NCBI GenBank assembly: GCA_031366795.1
Contig: JANLOX010000013.1
Coordinates: 1 to 37,441, forward strand
DNA length: 37,441 nt
Direction: 5' to 3'
DNA from: Candidatus Eiseniibacteriota bacterium
GTDB taxonomy: Bacteria > Eisenbacteria > RBG-16-71-46
Shown: one piece after another, positions 17,232 to 29,438 of the stretch
How positions within the stretch are numbered: position 1 is the stretch's first letter
Layout of the letters: every line of letters begins with the position of its first letter
Made by a program: the position numbers and the translations under genes
The notes under the pieces: generated by a model
Databases searched by the model: none
What the model saw: the letters and a program-made list of their open reading frames with translations, nothing else
What the model was told of the DNA's origin: nothing

Positions 17232-18830
17232 ATGGATCCCTCTTCGGTCACGAGTATCGCGCCTGTCAACGCTGCCACGCTCAAGCTCTACGTTCCGACG
17301 GCGTGGATCGACTTCTCGCCGCCGGCGGAGCGCGCGGCGTTCGAGCAGGCGCTCGTCACCGTGCGCGCTGAGCTGGGACGCGAGTATCCGGCGGTGATCG
17401 GCGGCGAACGCGTGAAGGGCAGCGGCACATTCGAGTCGCGTAATCCTTCGCGTCCTGCCGAAGTGATCGGGGTGTTCCAGTCGTGCAACAAGGAGCAGGC
17501 GGTGCAGGCGGTGGATGTCGCGCATCGCACCTTCGCGACGTGGAGCCGCGTGCCGGCGGCGGAACGCGCGGCGTACCTGATCGAGGCGGCGAAGCGCATG
17601 CGTGAGCGGCGCCACAGCTTCTCGGCGTGGATGGTGTTCGAGGTGGGCAAGAGCTGGGCGGAGGCCGACGCCGATACGGCCGAGGCGATCGACTTCATGG
17701 AATTCTACGCGCGCGAAATGCTGCGCTATGACTCACCCGACCCGATCGTGCAGTTGCCAGGCGAGACCAACAAGATCGTGTACCTGCCGTTGGGGGTTGG
17801 CGCGGTGATTCCGCCGTGGAACTTTCCGCTCGCCATCTGCGTCGGCATGACGACGGCCGCCGTGGTCACTGGCAACACCGTTGTACTCAAGCCCTCGAGT
17901 GATTCGCCGGGCATCGCATGGCAGTTCTTCCAGTTGATGGAAGAAGTTGGTCTGCCTGCCGGTGTCATCAACTTCGTCTCGGGCAGCGGCAGCACGGTGG
18001 GCGACACCATCGTGCGCCACGCCAAGACGCGTTTCATCTCGTTCACGGGGTCCAAGCAGGTTGGTATCGGCATCAACCGGCTCGCAGCCGAGGTGCAGCC
18101 GGGGCAGATCTGGCTCAAGCGCGTGGTTGCCGAGATGGGCGGCAAGGACGCGATCATCGTGGATGACGAAGGGGACATCGACGCGGCCGCACTCGGCGTC
18201 GCGCAGGCGGCGTTCGGGTTCCAGGGCCAGAAGTGCTCGGCATGCTCGCGCGCCATCGTGACCGAGAAGGTCTACGACGCTTTCCTCGCCAAGCTCAAGC
18301 CGCATGTCGAGGGGATAGCCAGTGGCGAGCCGGACCAGTACGGCGTCTACCTCGGTCCGGTGATCAACCAGAAGGCGCGAGACACGATCCTCGGCTACAT
18401 CGAGGCGGGGAAGAAGGAAGGGCGGTTGATTTCGGGCGGCGGCGTGATCGAGGGCCGCGACGGTTGGTTCATCCAGCCCACGGTGATCGCCGACATCAAG
18501 CCCAACGCGAAGATCGCGCAGGAAGAAATCTTCGGCCCCGTGCTCGCCGTGATCCCGGTTAAGAACTACGACGAGGCGCTCGATGTCGCAAACGGCACCG
18601 AGTACGGTTTAACGGGCGCGGTTTACACAAAGAACCCGGATAAGATCGAGCGCGCGCGGCGCGAGTTCTTCGTGGGCAACCTCTACATCAACCGCAAGTG
18701 CACCGGCGCGATCGTCGGCGCGCATCCGTTCGGCGGCTTCAACATGAGCGGCACGGATTCGAAGGCCGGCGGACGCGATTACCTGCTGTTGTTCCTGCAG
18801 GCGAAGAGCGTAGCGGAGAAGGTGCTGTAG
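17232..18830 (+). CDS. pruA: L-glutamate gamma-semialdehyde (P5C) dehydrogenase, RocA/PruA type
   Basis: EADADTAEAIDF.EFYAR, IPPWNFPLAI, FTGS, EMGGK, catalytic FQGQKCSACSR, EEIFGP, NRKCTGAIVG.HPFGGFNMSGTDSKAGG; AGGAG RBS. Confidence 0.93.
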   Translation: MDPSSVTSIAPVNAATLKLYVPTAWIDFSPPAERAAFEQALVTVRAELGREYPAVIGGERVKGSGTFESRNPSRPAEVIGVFQSCNKEQAVQAVDVAHRTFATWSRVPAAERAAYLIEAAKRMRERRHSFSAWMVFEVGKSWAEADADTAEAIDFMEFYAREMLRYDSPDPIVQLPGETNKIVYLPLGVGAVIPPWNFPLAICVGMTTAAVVTGNTVVLKPSSDSPGIAWQFFQLMEEVGLPAGVINFVSGSGSTVGDTIVRHAKTRFISFTGSKQVGIGINRLAAEVQPGQIWLKRVVAEMGGKDAIIVDDEGDIDAAALGVAQAAFGFQGQKCSACSRAIVTEKVYDAFLAKLKPHVEGIASGEPDQYGVYLGPVINQKARDTILGYIEAGKKEGRLISGGGVIEGRDGWFIQPTVIADIKPNAKIAQEEIFGPVLAVIPVKNYDEALDVANGTEYGLTGAVYTKNPDKIERARREFFVGNLYINRKCTGAIVGAHPFGGFNMSGTDSKAGGRDYLLLFLQAKSVAEKVL

Positions 18831-18854
18831 CCCGAACATCGGCTCACCGAATAC

Positions 18855-18895
18855 ACGAACGCGCCCGTGGCGATCGCAGCCGCGGGCGCGTTTGT
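18855..18895. terminator. Intrinsic terminator between convergent pruA and the TPR gene
   Basis: ACGAACGCGCCCGTGGC / GCCGCGGGCGCGTTTGT inverted repeat followed by CATTT. Confidence 0.8.
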
Positions 18896-18950
18896 CATTT
18901 CGGGGGTGTCCGTCAGTGTCGCTGGACGGGGCTGGGTGTCGCGATCTCCA

Positions 18951-21695
18951 TCAATCCACGCTCAACCGCGGGCAGCTCATGTACTGATTGCCACGTCGAA
19001 AGGCTCTTGCGATAGATGTACTCGGGTGTGCGCCCCGCGCGATGCGTTCCCGCAGGGGAGCCCACGCTGCTTCGGCTGCCGCGGTATTGCCGCGTCGCGT
19101 CTCGATCATTCCGTGCACGATGCGCGCCATGTCGCACCACTCGCCCCAGCCGAGCGCGCGTTGCACGCACGCGCTCGCAGAATCGGCGTTGCCGCTCTCG
19201 AGCCACCACCAGCCGCGCAGTGCCTCGGTCGTGGGCAGCTGCGGGTCGAGCAGCGCGGCCGCGTCGAGCTGGGCGCGCGCCTCCGCGAGCCAGCCGGCGC
19301 GTAGCAGGTCGCGCGCGTAGTCGCAGCGCAGCTGCGGAATGCCGGTGCGCATGCGGACGGCGCGCTCGTACATCGCGAACGCGGCGTCCCAGTCGCGGTC
19401 CAATGCGAGCGCCTGGGCGCGGCCCCACAGCGCTTCGGGGTTGTCCGATTGGTAGGCGAGCACCGAGTCGAATTGCGCGCCCGACTTCCCGGCATCGCCG
19501 CGCACCGAGTAAAAGCCACCGAGTGCCGTCTGCACGAGGTAGCGGTCCCCAGCGTGTACCTTCGCACGTCCGGCTTCGAGCACCGCGATGGCGCTGTCGA
19601 GGCCCATGCCGCCATACCATTGCGCCGAGGCTGCCATCGTGATGATGTCGCCACTGCCCGGGTGTTCCGCGATCGCGCGGGCGGCGGCGGCGAGCATCGC
19701 CGGCCGGTCGCCCTTGCAAATGCGCGCGCGCGTCGCTGAGCCCAGTGCAGACTCCACGTGCGGGTCGCGCGCCAACGCCTTATCGTAGAACGCTACCGCG
19801 GCATCCACGTCGCCGCGCTCCACGCGGTCGTTGCCCGCATTCGTGTAGGCCACGGCGTAGCTGGGCGACACATCGCGCACCGCCATCATGTGTTCGACCA
19901 GGTCGCGCAGCTGCGGGTCGATGGCGTCGAGCCGCTCCTTCACGACATCGCGGGCGTCGTAGGCGTCACGACGCGGGGAATACAACGCATTTGCTGCCTC
20001 GGCGAAGTATTCGAACACGCTGCCGCCGGCGTAGCGCGACAGGTAACCGTTCTTCGTCTTGTCGTCGCGCTGCTTGGCGAGCCGGTAGTGCTCCTGGATG
20101 TCGCGCGACTGGTCGGCGGTCAGCACGCTGTGCACCTGGTGGGTCAGCTCGTGCAGCACGGTGTTGTAGCGGTCGAAGATCGTGCGCTCGACGTCCTCGA
20201 TGCCGGTGACGGTGTTGTAGCCGCCGGCGCCGCGAACGTCGTCCCACAACCGCGAGTCGTAGGAGATGCGCGTGTCCCTGATCGTCGCGAGCCCCGGCGT
20301 TTCGCACAGCAGCATGTAGAGCGGTTTGATGTAGTAGGTGGAGCCGCCCTCGATAAGCACCGGCAGGAAACGCGCCCACGGCGCCACCGAGAGCGCCACG
20401 CGCTTGCGATGGCGCGGCGACAGTGAATTCCAGTTCACCACGAAACGCTCGATGCCCGGCACATTCGGCATGGCCGTCGCGGCGAAGCGCCTCTCGTAAT
20501 CCGCGCGATGCACGTCGATGGTGAAGCGCTGGCCCTCGAACGCCTTGGCGAGCGTGGCGTGGGCGCGGCCATACTCGGAACACTGCGCGAGCGCGGCAAA
20601 GCACAGGTCGCGCGCCTGGGTGAAGCGGCCTTCCTCGAACTCGAACGAGGCCAGCCGCACTGCGGCATCGGCCCACTCAGGATGCGCGTGGACGATCGCC
20701 TCGTACGCCGCGCGCCCCCCGCGCCGGTCACCGGCGGCGAGCAGCGAATCGGCATGCGCGAACTGCCGGCGCCCCGTGGCGTCGGCGAACTTCGCGGGGT
20801 AGGCGGCGAACAGCTCCGTGTAGTTCTTGCGGGCGTAGCCATTGCCCAGCGTGTAGTGCGCGCCCTCGCTGTAGGGATTGAGCCGCACGCCCCACTCGCT
20901 CGCGGTGATCGCATCATCGGTGCGGCCGATGCGGATCAGCGTCTCGGTCAGCGTGTTCATCAGGTCGGTTGTGGCGTCGAGCGCCATGGCCTCGCGTAGC
21001 CTGGCGAACGAGCCATCGTAGTCACGCCGCTGGCTCAGCACTCCGCCCAGGCCGCGTAGTGCCGAGGCCCGAGCCGAGCGAGCGTAACCAGAATCATGCG
21101 CCGCCTCGGTCGCCTCGACGACGCGTGTGAAGCAGGACTCCGCGCGATCGTAGTTGAGCAGCGTCGCGGCCAGCCGCCCCGCCGCCAGCAGGTCCGCGAG
21201 CGGGGCATCCGTGCCCGGCGTGATCGCGTGCCGGCGCGTGATCGCGTCGATGCGCGCGGAATTGTCGATGGCCGAAAGCCACGCGAGATACAGCGCGCGC
21301 TCTTGCTCGTGGGGATCGCGCAACGCGCCCATCGCCTCGGCGAGCGGCTTGGCGGTGGCGAAGTCCAGCCGCGTGAGCGCGACTCGCAGCCGGGCACGGG
21401 CCATGGCGCGAGGCTCGCCCTGCATGCGTGTAAGCGCCGCGGCGGCCTCGTTGGGGCGACCCGCCTCGAGCAGGTCGAACACCTGCTCCGGCGACAGGGC
21501 GCTGCTTCCGGCGGCCGCGATGCGAGCGAGCCGGGCGTCCTGTTGCGCGACGATGGGAGCGAACAGCGAGTCCGACGCCGACATCGCCGCTTCGGCCAGC
21601 TGGGGGCGCAACATGCTAACGAGCGAGATTAGGCATGCGCCCAGCAGCATGCGCGGAAACGTGCGGGACGGAACGGCACCGGCGGTATGCGACAT
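18951..21695 (-). CDS. Exported TPR-repeat protein with a central HExxH zinc-metallopeptidase-like domain; probable frameshift near the C-terminus
   Basis: GAGGAG RBS before ATG 21695; signal-like N-terminus; TPR helices on both sides of NTVLHELTHQVH...YAGGSVFEYFAEA (HELTH at 20139-20153). Confidence 0.8.
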   Translation of the reverse strand: MSHTAGAVPSRTFPRMLLGACLISLVSMLRPQLAEAAMSASDSLFAPIVAQQDARLARIAAAGSSALSPEQVFDLLEAGRPNEAAAALTRMQGEPRAMARARLRVALTRLDFATAKPLAEAMGALRDPHEQERALYLAWLSAIDNSARIDAITRRHAITPGTDAPLADLLAAGRLAATLLNYDRAESCFTRVVEATEAAHDSGYARSARASALRGLGGVLSQRRDYDGSFARLREAMALDATTDLMNTLTETLIRIGRTDDAITASEWGVRLNPYSEGAHYTLGNGYARKNYTELFAAYPAKFADATGRRQFAHADSLLAAGDRRGGRAAYEAIVHAHPEWADAAVRLASFEFEEGRFTQARDLCFAALAQCSEYGRAHATLAKAFEGQRFTIDVHRADYERRFAATAMPNVPGIERFVVNWNSLSPRHRKRVALSVAPWARFLPVLIEGGSTYYIKPLYMLLCETPGLATIRDTRISYDSRLWDDVRGAGGYNTVTGIEDVERTIFDRYNTVLHELTHQVHSVLTADQSRDIQEHYRLAKQRDDKTKNGYLSRYAGGSVFEYFAEAANALYSPRRDAYDARDVVKERLDAIDPQLRDLVEHMMAVRDVSPSYAVAYTNAGNDRVERGDVDAAVAFYDKALARDPHVESALGSATRARICKGDRPAMLAAAARAIAEHPGSGDIITMAASAQWYGGMGLDSAIAVLEAGRAKVHAGDRYLVQTALGGFYSVRGDAGKSGAQFDSVLAYQSDNPEALWGRAQALALDRDWDAAFAMYERAVRMRTGIPQLRCDYARDLLRAGWLAEARAQLDAAALLDPQLPTTEALRGWWWLESGNADSASACVQRALGWGEWCDMARIVHGMIETRRGNTAAAEAAWAPLRERIARGAHPSTSIARAFRRGNQYMSCPRLSVD

Positions 21696-21759
21696 GGGAA
21701 GCACGCTCCTCGAAGAGTGCGGGGGACAAACCTGTCGATCGCAACACGTCACTACCAGC

Positions 21760-21864
21760 CGCGACCGAGCCCAGAACGCGATCGAGTGTGTCAATGCTGA
21801 ACCCGTACCCGGGACGGCGCGCGATGGCAGCGCGGGTGATCGCGGAACAGCGCGGGCACTTCAT
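21760..21864 (-). pseudogene. Remnant of a zinc-ribbon-containing gene
   Basis: Perfect AAGGAGG RBS, then ATG 21864 MKCPRCSAITRAAIARRPGYGFSIDTLDRVLG. The second CxxC appears decayed to RPGY. The frame runs on to a stop at 21616, overlapping the next gene. Confidence 0.5.
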
Positions 21865-21925
21865 CGATCGCGGCCTCCTTCCGGGAGATAATGACGAGAC
21901 CGCGCGAGCATAAACGAACTCGCCG

Positions 21926-23866
21926 CTATTTCGGCTTGCCGCGCCGCTTGGAAGTCTTCGGCGATGGGATCGCCTTCCGCGCTCGTGCCGCCTTGGACTG
22001 CGCCGGTCCGCTCGCAGGCTTCGCTGACGTCGCGGGTTTTGCTGCGGTAGCGCGCTTCGCAGGCTTCGCGGTCTTCGCAAGCTTCTCGGGTTTCTCAGGT
22101 GCCGCCGGCGCGCTCGTCGCCTTCGCCTTCGGAACCGCTGCCCCCTTCTTCCCCTTCCGCCACGCCTCGAACTTCGCCAGCGGTCGCGTGTTCATCACGT
22201 CGTTGGCCGTGAGCCCCGCGCGCCGCGCCTGGAACACGCCATAGCGGATGTACTCGAGGTTCTTCGCGGCGTGGGCGTCGGTGTCGATGGTGAAGCGCAC
22301 GCCCTTGGATTGCGCCAGCCGCGCGTTCACGTCCGAGAGGTCGAGGCGGTCCGGCTGGGCGTTAATCTCCATCGCCACGCCGCATTCGGCCGCGCGGTCG
22401 AACACGCGCTCCCAGTCGAGATCAGCCGGCTCGCGCGCCCCGATCTTGCGGCCGCTGGGGTGCCCCATGACGCAAACCTGGGGATGCTCGAGCGCCCGCA
22501 GCACGCGCTGCGTCACCACCTCGCGTGGCTGCGTCAGGCTCGAGTGCAGAGAGATCACCACCCAGTCGAGCAGTCCGAGTGCCTCGTCATCGAGATCAAG
22601 GCTGCCATCGGCGAGGATGTCGACCTCGAGCCCGTGGAACACCTCGATCCCCGGAACCTGCTTGCGCACCGTCGCCAGTTCGAGCACCGACTTGCGCACG
22701 CGCGCCTCATTGAAGCCCTGTGCCATGCCGAGCGACTTGGAGTGCTCGGTGATCGCGCAGTAGGCGTAGCCAAAGTCGCGCGCCGCGCGCACCATGTCTT
22801 CGAGCGTGTCGCGCCCGTCGCTGCGCGTGGTGTGCATGTGCAGGTCGCCCTTCAGGTCGCCCTGCTCAACCAGCTTGGGCAGCGTGCCGTTGCGCGCCTG
22901 CGCGATCTCGTCGCCCGCTTCGCGCAACTCGGGCGGGATCCATTGCAGGCCGAGCGCCTTGTACACATCGGCTTCGGTGCGCGCCGCCACCGTGCGCTCG
23001 CCCTGGGTGAGCCCGTACTCATTGAGGCTCATGCCGCCGTCGATCGCCAACTTGCGCAGCTCGATGTTGTGCGCCTTGCTGCCGGTGAAGTACAGCAGTG
23101 CCGCGCCGAACGATTCCGCGGGCACCAGCCGCAGGTCGACTTGAAGTCCGTTGCCGAGGCGCACCGAGGACTTTGTCTCGCCCTTGGCCAGTACCTCGTG
23201 CACGTAGGGATGGCTCGTGAACGCCCCCATTACCGCTTCGGGCGTGCCACCGGTCACCAGCAGGTCGAGATCGCCGACCGTCTCGCGCCGCCGCCGGAAC
23301 GAGCCCGCCAGTTCGACATGCTCCACGCCATGAACCTTGCCGATCACCGACGCCAACTCGTGCGCCACCCCCCAGGCTGCATGCAGCAGCAGGCGCGAAG
23401 TCGGAGGGGAGGCGGCCGCGGACTCGATGGCCTTGAGCAGCTTCGCCTCGGCGGTCTCGCCGAATCCCGGTAACTCCCGCAGTTGGCCCGCGCGCGCCGC
23501 CTTCTCGAGGTCGCTTAGGTTCTTCACGCCGAGTTGTTCGAAGAAGATCTTCACGCGCTTCGGCCCCAGCCCCTGGATGTCCGTCAGCTCCATCAGGGAG
23601 GCCGGGTATGTTTTCGTCAGCTGTTCATAGATCTCGGCGGTGCCGCTCGTGGCGAAGTCGCGAATCGTCTTCTCGAGATCCTTGCCGATGCCCTTGATCT
23701 CCTGCAGCCGGCCCTCGGTCTTCGCCAGCTGCGCGGCCGGCTCGGGCAGGTACTCGATGATGCGCGCGCCTTCGCGATAGGCGCGCACGCGGAACACGTT
23801 GGCGCCGTCCATCTCAAGCATCGTGGCGATATTGCCGAGCAGTTTGGCGATCTGGGCGTTGGTCAT
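21926..23866 (-). CDS. polX: DNA polymerase X / PHP 3'-5' exonuclease with a Lys/Ala/Pro-rich tail
   Basis: FRVRAY, HhH GIGK and [46 protein letters not shown] motifs HMHT, TEHS, GHP and DAH. Confidence 0.95.
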   Translation of the reverse strand: MTNAQIAKLLGNIATMLEMDGANVFRVRAYREGARIIEYLPEPAAQLAKTEGRLQEIKGIGKDLEKTIRDFATSGTAEIYEQLTKTYPASLMELTDIQGLGPKRVKIFFEQLGVKNLSDLEKAARAGQLRELPGFGETAEAKLLKAIESAAASPPTSRLLLHAAWGVAHELASVIGKVHGVEHVELAGSFRRRRETVGDLDLLVTGGTPEAVMGAFTSHPYVHEVLAKGETKSSVRLGNGLQVDLRLVPAESFGAALLYFTGSKAHNIELRKLAIDGGMSLNEYGLTQGERTVAARTEADVYKALGLQWIPPELREAGDEIAQARNGTLPKLVEQGDLKGDLHMHTTRSDGRDTLEDMVRAARDFGYAYCAITEHSKSLGMAQGFNEARVRKSVLELATVRKQVPGIEVFHGLEVDILADGSLDLDDEALGLLDWVVISLHSSLTQPREVVTQRVLRALEHPQVCVMGHPSGRKIGAREPADLDWERVFDRAAECGVAMEINAQPDRLDLSDVNARLAQSKGVRFTIDTDAHAAKNLEYIRYGVFQARRAGLTANDVMNTRPLAKFEAWRKGKKGAAVPKAKATSAPAAPEKPEKLAKTAKPAKRATAAKPATSAKPASGPAQSKAARARKAIPSPKTSKRRGKPK

Positions 23867-23883
23867 GACAGGCTCCGCGCGGC

Positions 23884-26362
<2,479 letters not shown>

Positions 26363-26368
26363 CGCTGC

Positions 26369-26397
26369 AGGTTAGCCCGCCGCATGGAGTTGGGCAA
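26369..26397 (-). promoter_or_regulatory. Sigma70-type promoter giving a leaderless EVE-ligA-polX transcript
   Basis: TTGCCC-N17-TAACCT; the EVE ATG is 6 nt after the -10 box and has no SD. Confidence 0.55.
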
Positions 26398-26530
26398 TGG
26401 GTCTTGCGACCACCCAAGTTTGACTTCATCAAACGTGTGTATGCCTTCCGATAACTCGAGAGTCCGGTGCATTGGGTTTTGAACGCGAGCACCACCTACG
26501 ACGCGGTTGTCTATACACAAGGTGGCTGTG

Positions 26531-26641
26531 ATGCCGACACTCGCAACGACAATGTCTCCGATCACCTGGCCCAAGTCGTCGGATCTGTCGAGCATCTTCC
26601 AGCACATCGCGCTGGAGATTAGGCTGTGGCTCGTCCAGTAA
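26531..26641 (+). CDS. Candidate 36-aa small protein
   Basis: AAGGTGG SD-like sequence, then MPTLATTMSPITWPKSSDLSSIFQHIALEIRLWLVQ*. It sits in an otherwise empty 320-nt intergenic region, 42 nt before the DsbA gene. Confidence 0.35.
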   Translation: MPTLATTMSPITWPKSSDLSSIFQHIALEIRLWLVQ

Positions 26642-26683
26642 GCCGTTCGTGACATCGGAGCCCGGCGTGAGAGGATCGCTGCC

Positions 26684-27820
26684 ATGCGAACCCTGACGCC
26701 GGGCTTCATGCATTTTGGGCGGGTGATGACCGTGCTCGCGGGAATCGCCGTGGCAAGCGGCACAGCTGCTGCGGCCGCGGCAGGGGACACAGGCGACGCG
26801 CCTGGGGCAGCCCAGCCCGCCGCCGCGGCTCAGGCCCAGCCACCGGCAGCGCCTCGCCATGACTCCGCGGTCACGCGCGATCCCGCCATCGCAGCCACTC
26901 TCGACGGCACCCCGATCAGCCTCGAAGCGGTCGACCAGCGCATCGCCGCCCAGCTGCTACGGTTGCGCCAGGAGCAGTACGAGCTTCGCGCCCAGGCGCT
27001 CGATGCGATGCTCGACCAGCAGGTCGTGGAGCGGGAGGCGCGCGCGCAGCATGTGAACCCGGAGCAACTGATCGAGCAGCGCGTCACCGCGAAGATCGCG
27101 CTCGCAACGCCGGCGGAAATCGACACGTTCTACGTGCACAATCGCGGCCAGATGGCGGGTCGCACGCTCGAGCAGTCGTCGGCGAGTATCGCCGCGGCCC
27201 TCAAGACGAATCGCCTCGCCTCCTCGCGCGCCGAGTACGTGCGCACGTTGCGCAAGCGCTACGCTGCGCATGTGCTGCTCGAGCCGCCACGCTTCGCCGC
27301 CTCGCCCGATGATGACCCCTCGCGCGGCGCCGCCTCGGCGCCCATCACCATCGTCGAGTTCTCCGACTTCCAGTGCCCGTTCTGCACGCGCGCCGAGGAC
27401 ACCATCAACGAGGTGCTGGCGAAGTACGGGGACCGCGTGCGGCTGGTGTTCCGCGATTTCCCGCTGTCGATCCACCCATTCGCCGAAGGTGCCGCCATCG
27501 CCGGCGACTGCGCGCGTGAGCAGGGCAAGTACTGGGAGATGAACCGCGCCATGTACGCCAACCAAGCGAAGCTGTCGACCACCGACCTGGCATCGACGGC
27601 CGGATCGATCGGGCTCGACGTGGAGCGTTTCAAAGCCTGCATGGCGTCGCCCGAGTCGCATGCCGAAGTCGCGAAGGACATGGCGGAGGGCCAAGCGCTG
27701 GGGATCTCCGGGACGCCCACGTTTTTCATCAATGGCGTGATGATCGTGGGCGCGCGCGAACTCGAGGTGTTCACGCGCACGATCGATCGCGAGTTGGAGC
27801 GGCTCGGCCAGTCGCGGTAA
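26684..27820 (+). CDS. Exported DsbA/thioredoxin-fold oxidoreductase with a SurA-N-like domain
   Basis: Signal peptide; helical N-terminal domain; G...APITIVEFSDFQCPFC, VFRDFPL..H and cis-Pro motif GTPTFFING. Confidence 0.9.
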   Translation: MRTLTPGFMHFGRVMTVLAGIAVASGTAAAAAAGDTGDAPGAAQPAAAAQAQPPAAPRHDSAVTRDPAIAATLDGTPISLEAVDQRIAAQLLRLRQEQYELRAQALDAMLDQQVVEREARAQHVNPEQLIEQRVTAKIALATPAEIDTFYVHNRGQMAGRTLEQSSASIAAALKTNRLASSRAEYVRTLRKRYAAHVLLEPPRFAASPDDDPSRGAASAPITIVEFSDFQCPFCTRAEDTINEVLAKYGDRVRLVFRDFPLSIHPFAEGAAIAGDCAREQGKYWEMNRAMYANQAKLSTTDLASTAGSIGLDVERFKACMASPESHAEVAKDMAEGQALGISGTPTFFINGVMIVGARELEVFTRTIDRELERLGQSR

Positions 27821-27871
27821 CGTGGCCGCGACCGCGTCCCGAATGGCTTATTCCTGAGCACAGGAGCCCCC

Positions 27872-29386
27872 ATGTCGCCTGCCGCCGCACAGCCCTTATC
27901 GCCCAAGTCCGCTGACAGTGTCCAGCCTCCCGTGGACCCGAAAGATGATCTCGTCGAGACCGAGCACGTCACCACGCTCAAGGGCCAGCAGGTGCACTAC
28001 ACCGTTACCACCGGCACGCTGATCCTGCGCGAGGAGGCGGAGAAGACCGGTGAGGCCGCCGGCGAATCCGAAGGCGAGAAGGCGCGCGCGGCGGTGTTCT
28101 TCATCGCCTACACGCGCACCGATGTCACTGATCCCGCGCGCCGGCCCGTGATGTTCTCGTTCAATGGTGGTCCCGGATCGTCCTCGGTGTGGTTGCATCT
28201 CGGCGTGTTGGGGCCACGCCGCGTGGGACTCGACGAAAAGGGCAACCTGCACGCGCCGCCGTACCACCTCGTCGACAACGAGTACTCGTTGCTCGCCGAT
28301 ACCGACCTGGTATTCATCGATCCGGTCAGCACGGGTTACAGCCGCCCCGTGGTGGGAAGCAAGGCGAAGGACTTTCACAACTTCAAGAAGGATATCGAGT
28401 CGGTCGGCGACTTCATCCGGCTCTACACCACGCGCTATCGCCGCTGGGCCAGCCCAAAGTTCCTGATCGGTGAGAGCTACGGCACCACGCGCGCCGCGGG
28501 TGTGGCCGGCTACCTGCAGGACCGTCACGGCATGTTCTTGAACGGCGTCGCACTCGTCTCCTCGGTGCTCGATTTCCAGACGCTGATGTTCATGCCCTCG
28601 AACGACCTGCCGCCCATCGTGTACCTGCCGGCCTATGCCGCCACCGCGTGGTACCACAAGCGGTTAACTCCCGAGCTCCAGAAGGATTTGAGGGCCACGC
28701 TCAAAGAAGTCGAAACCTTTGCACTGGGCGATTACGCCACCGCGCTGCTCAAGGGATCCTCGCTCGGGGACGCCGAGCGCAAGGCCGTTGCAGCGCGTGT
28801 CGCGCGCTACACCGGATTGTCGGCGGACTGGGTCGAGCGCTCGCACCTGCGCATCGACATCATGCACTTCACAAAGGAGCTGATGCGCGACCAGCATCGC
28901 ACGGTCGGGCGGCTCGATAGCCGCTTCACCGGCATCGATCGCGACGGCGTAAGGGCTGAACCCGAGTATGACCCGAGCTTCACGAATGCGATGGGGCCTT
29001 ACACGGCGATGTTCAACGAGTTCGTGCGCGGCGAACTCAAGTACGAGATCGACCTGCCCTACGAGATCCTGAGCTTCAGGGCGAACGAGGCGTGGACCTT
29101 CGGCGAGCATGAGAACAAATTCGTGGAGGTCGTCGAGACGCTGCGCAAGGCGATGACCGTCAACCCGTTCCTCAAGGTGTGGGTCGGCAGCGGTTACTAC
29201 GACCTGGCGACACCGTACTTCGCCACCGAGTACACCTTCAACCACCTGGGGCTGGACGACTCGCTGCGCGGCAACATCACGATCGACGAGTACGAAGCAG
29301 GGCACATGATGTACCTCCACCTGCCCTCGCTCGCGAAGATGAGCCGCGACCTGGCGAAGTTCATCGCCGCGGCGGTGCCGGCGTAG
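27872..29386 (+). CDS. Serine carboxypeptidase, family S10
   Basis: FNGGPGSSS, DLVFIDPVSTGYS, nucleophile GESYG, GYYDLATP and YEAGHMMY; AGGAG RBS. Confidence 0.93.
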   Translation: MSPAAAQPLSPKSADSVQPPVDPKDDLVETEHVTTLKGQQVHYTVTTGTLILREEAEKTGEAAGESEGEKARAAVFFIAYTRTDVTDPARRPVMFSFNGGPGSSSVWLHLGVLGPRRVGLDEKGNLHAPPYHLVDNEYSLLADTDLVFIDPVSTGYSRPVVGSKAKDFHNFKKDIESVGDFIRLYTTRYRRWASPKFLIGESYGTTRAAGVAGYLQDRHGMFLNGVALVSSVLDFQTLMFMPSNDLPPIVYLPAYAATAWYHKRLTPELQKDLRATLKEVETFALGDYATALLKGSSLGDAERKAVAARVARYTGLSADWVERSHLRIDIMHFTKELMRDQHRTVGRLDSRFTGIDRDGVRAEPEYDPSFTNAMGPYTAMFNEFVRGELKYEIDLPYEILSFRANEAWTFGEHENKFVEVVETLRKAMTVNPFLKVWVGSGYYDLATPYFATEYTFNHLGLDDSLRGNITIDEYEAGHMMYLHLPSLAKMSRDLAKFIAAAVPA

Positions 29387-29438
29387 CGCGGCGCAGCGTT
29401 CAGGGCCGCGCGGTGCGGCCCGCCTCCACGCCGCCGCG

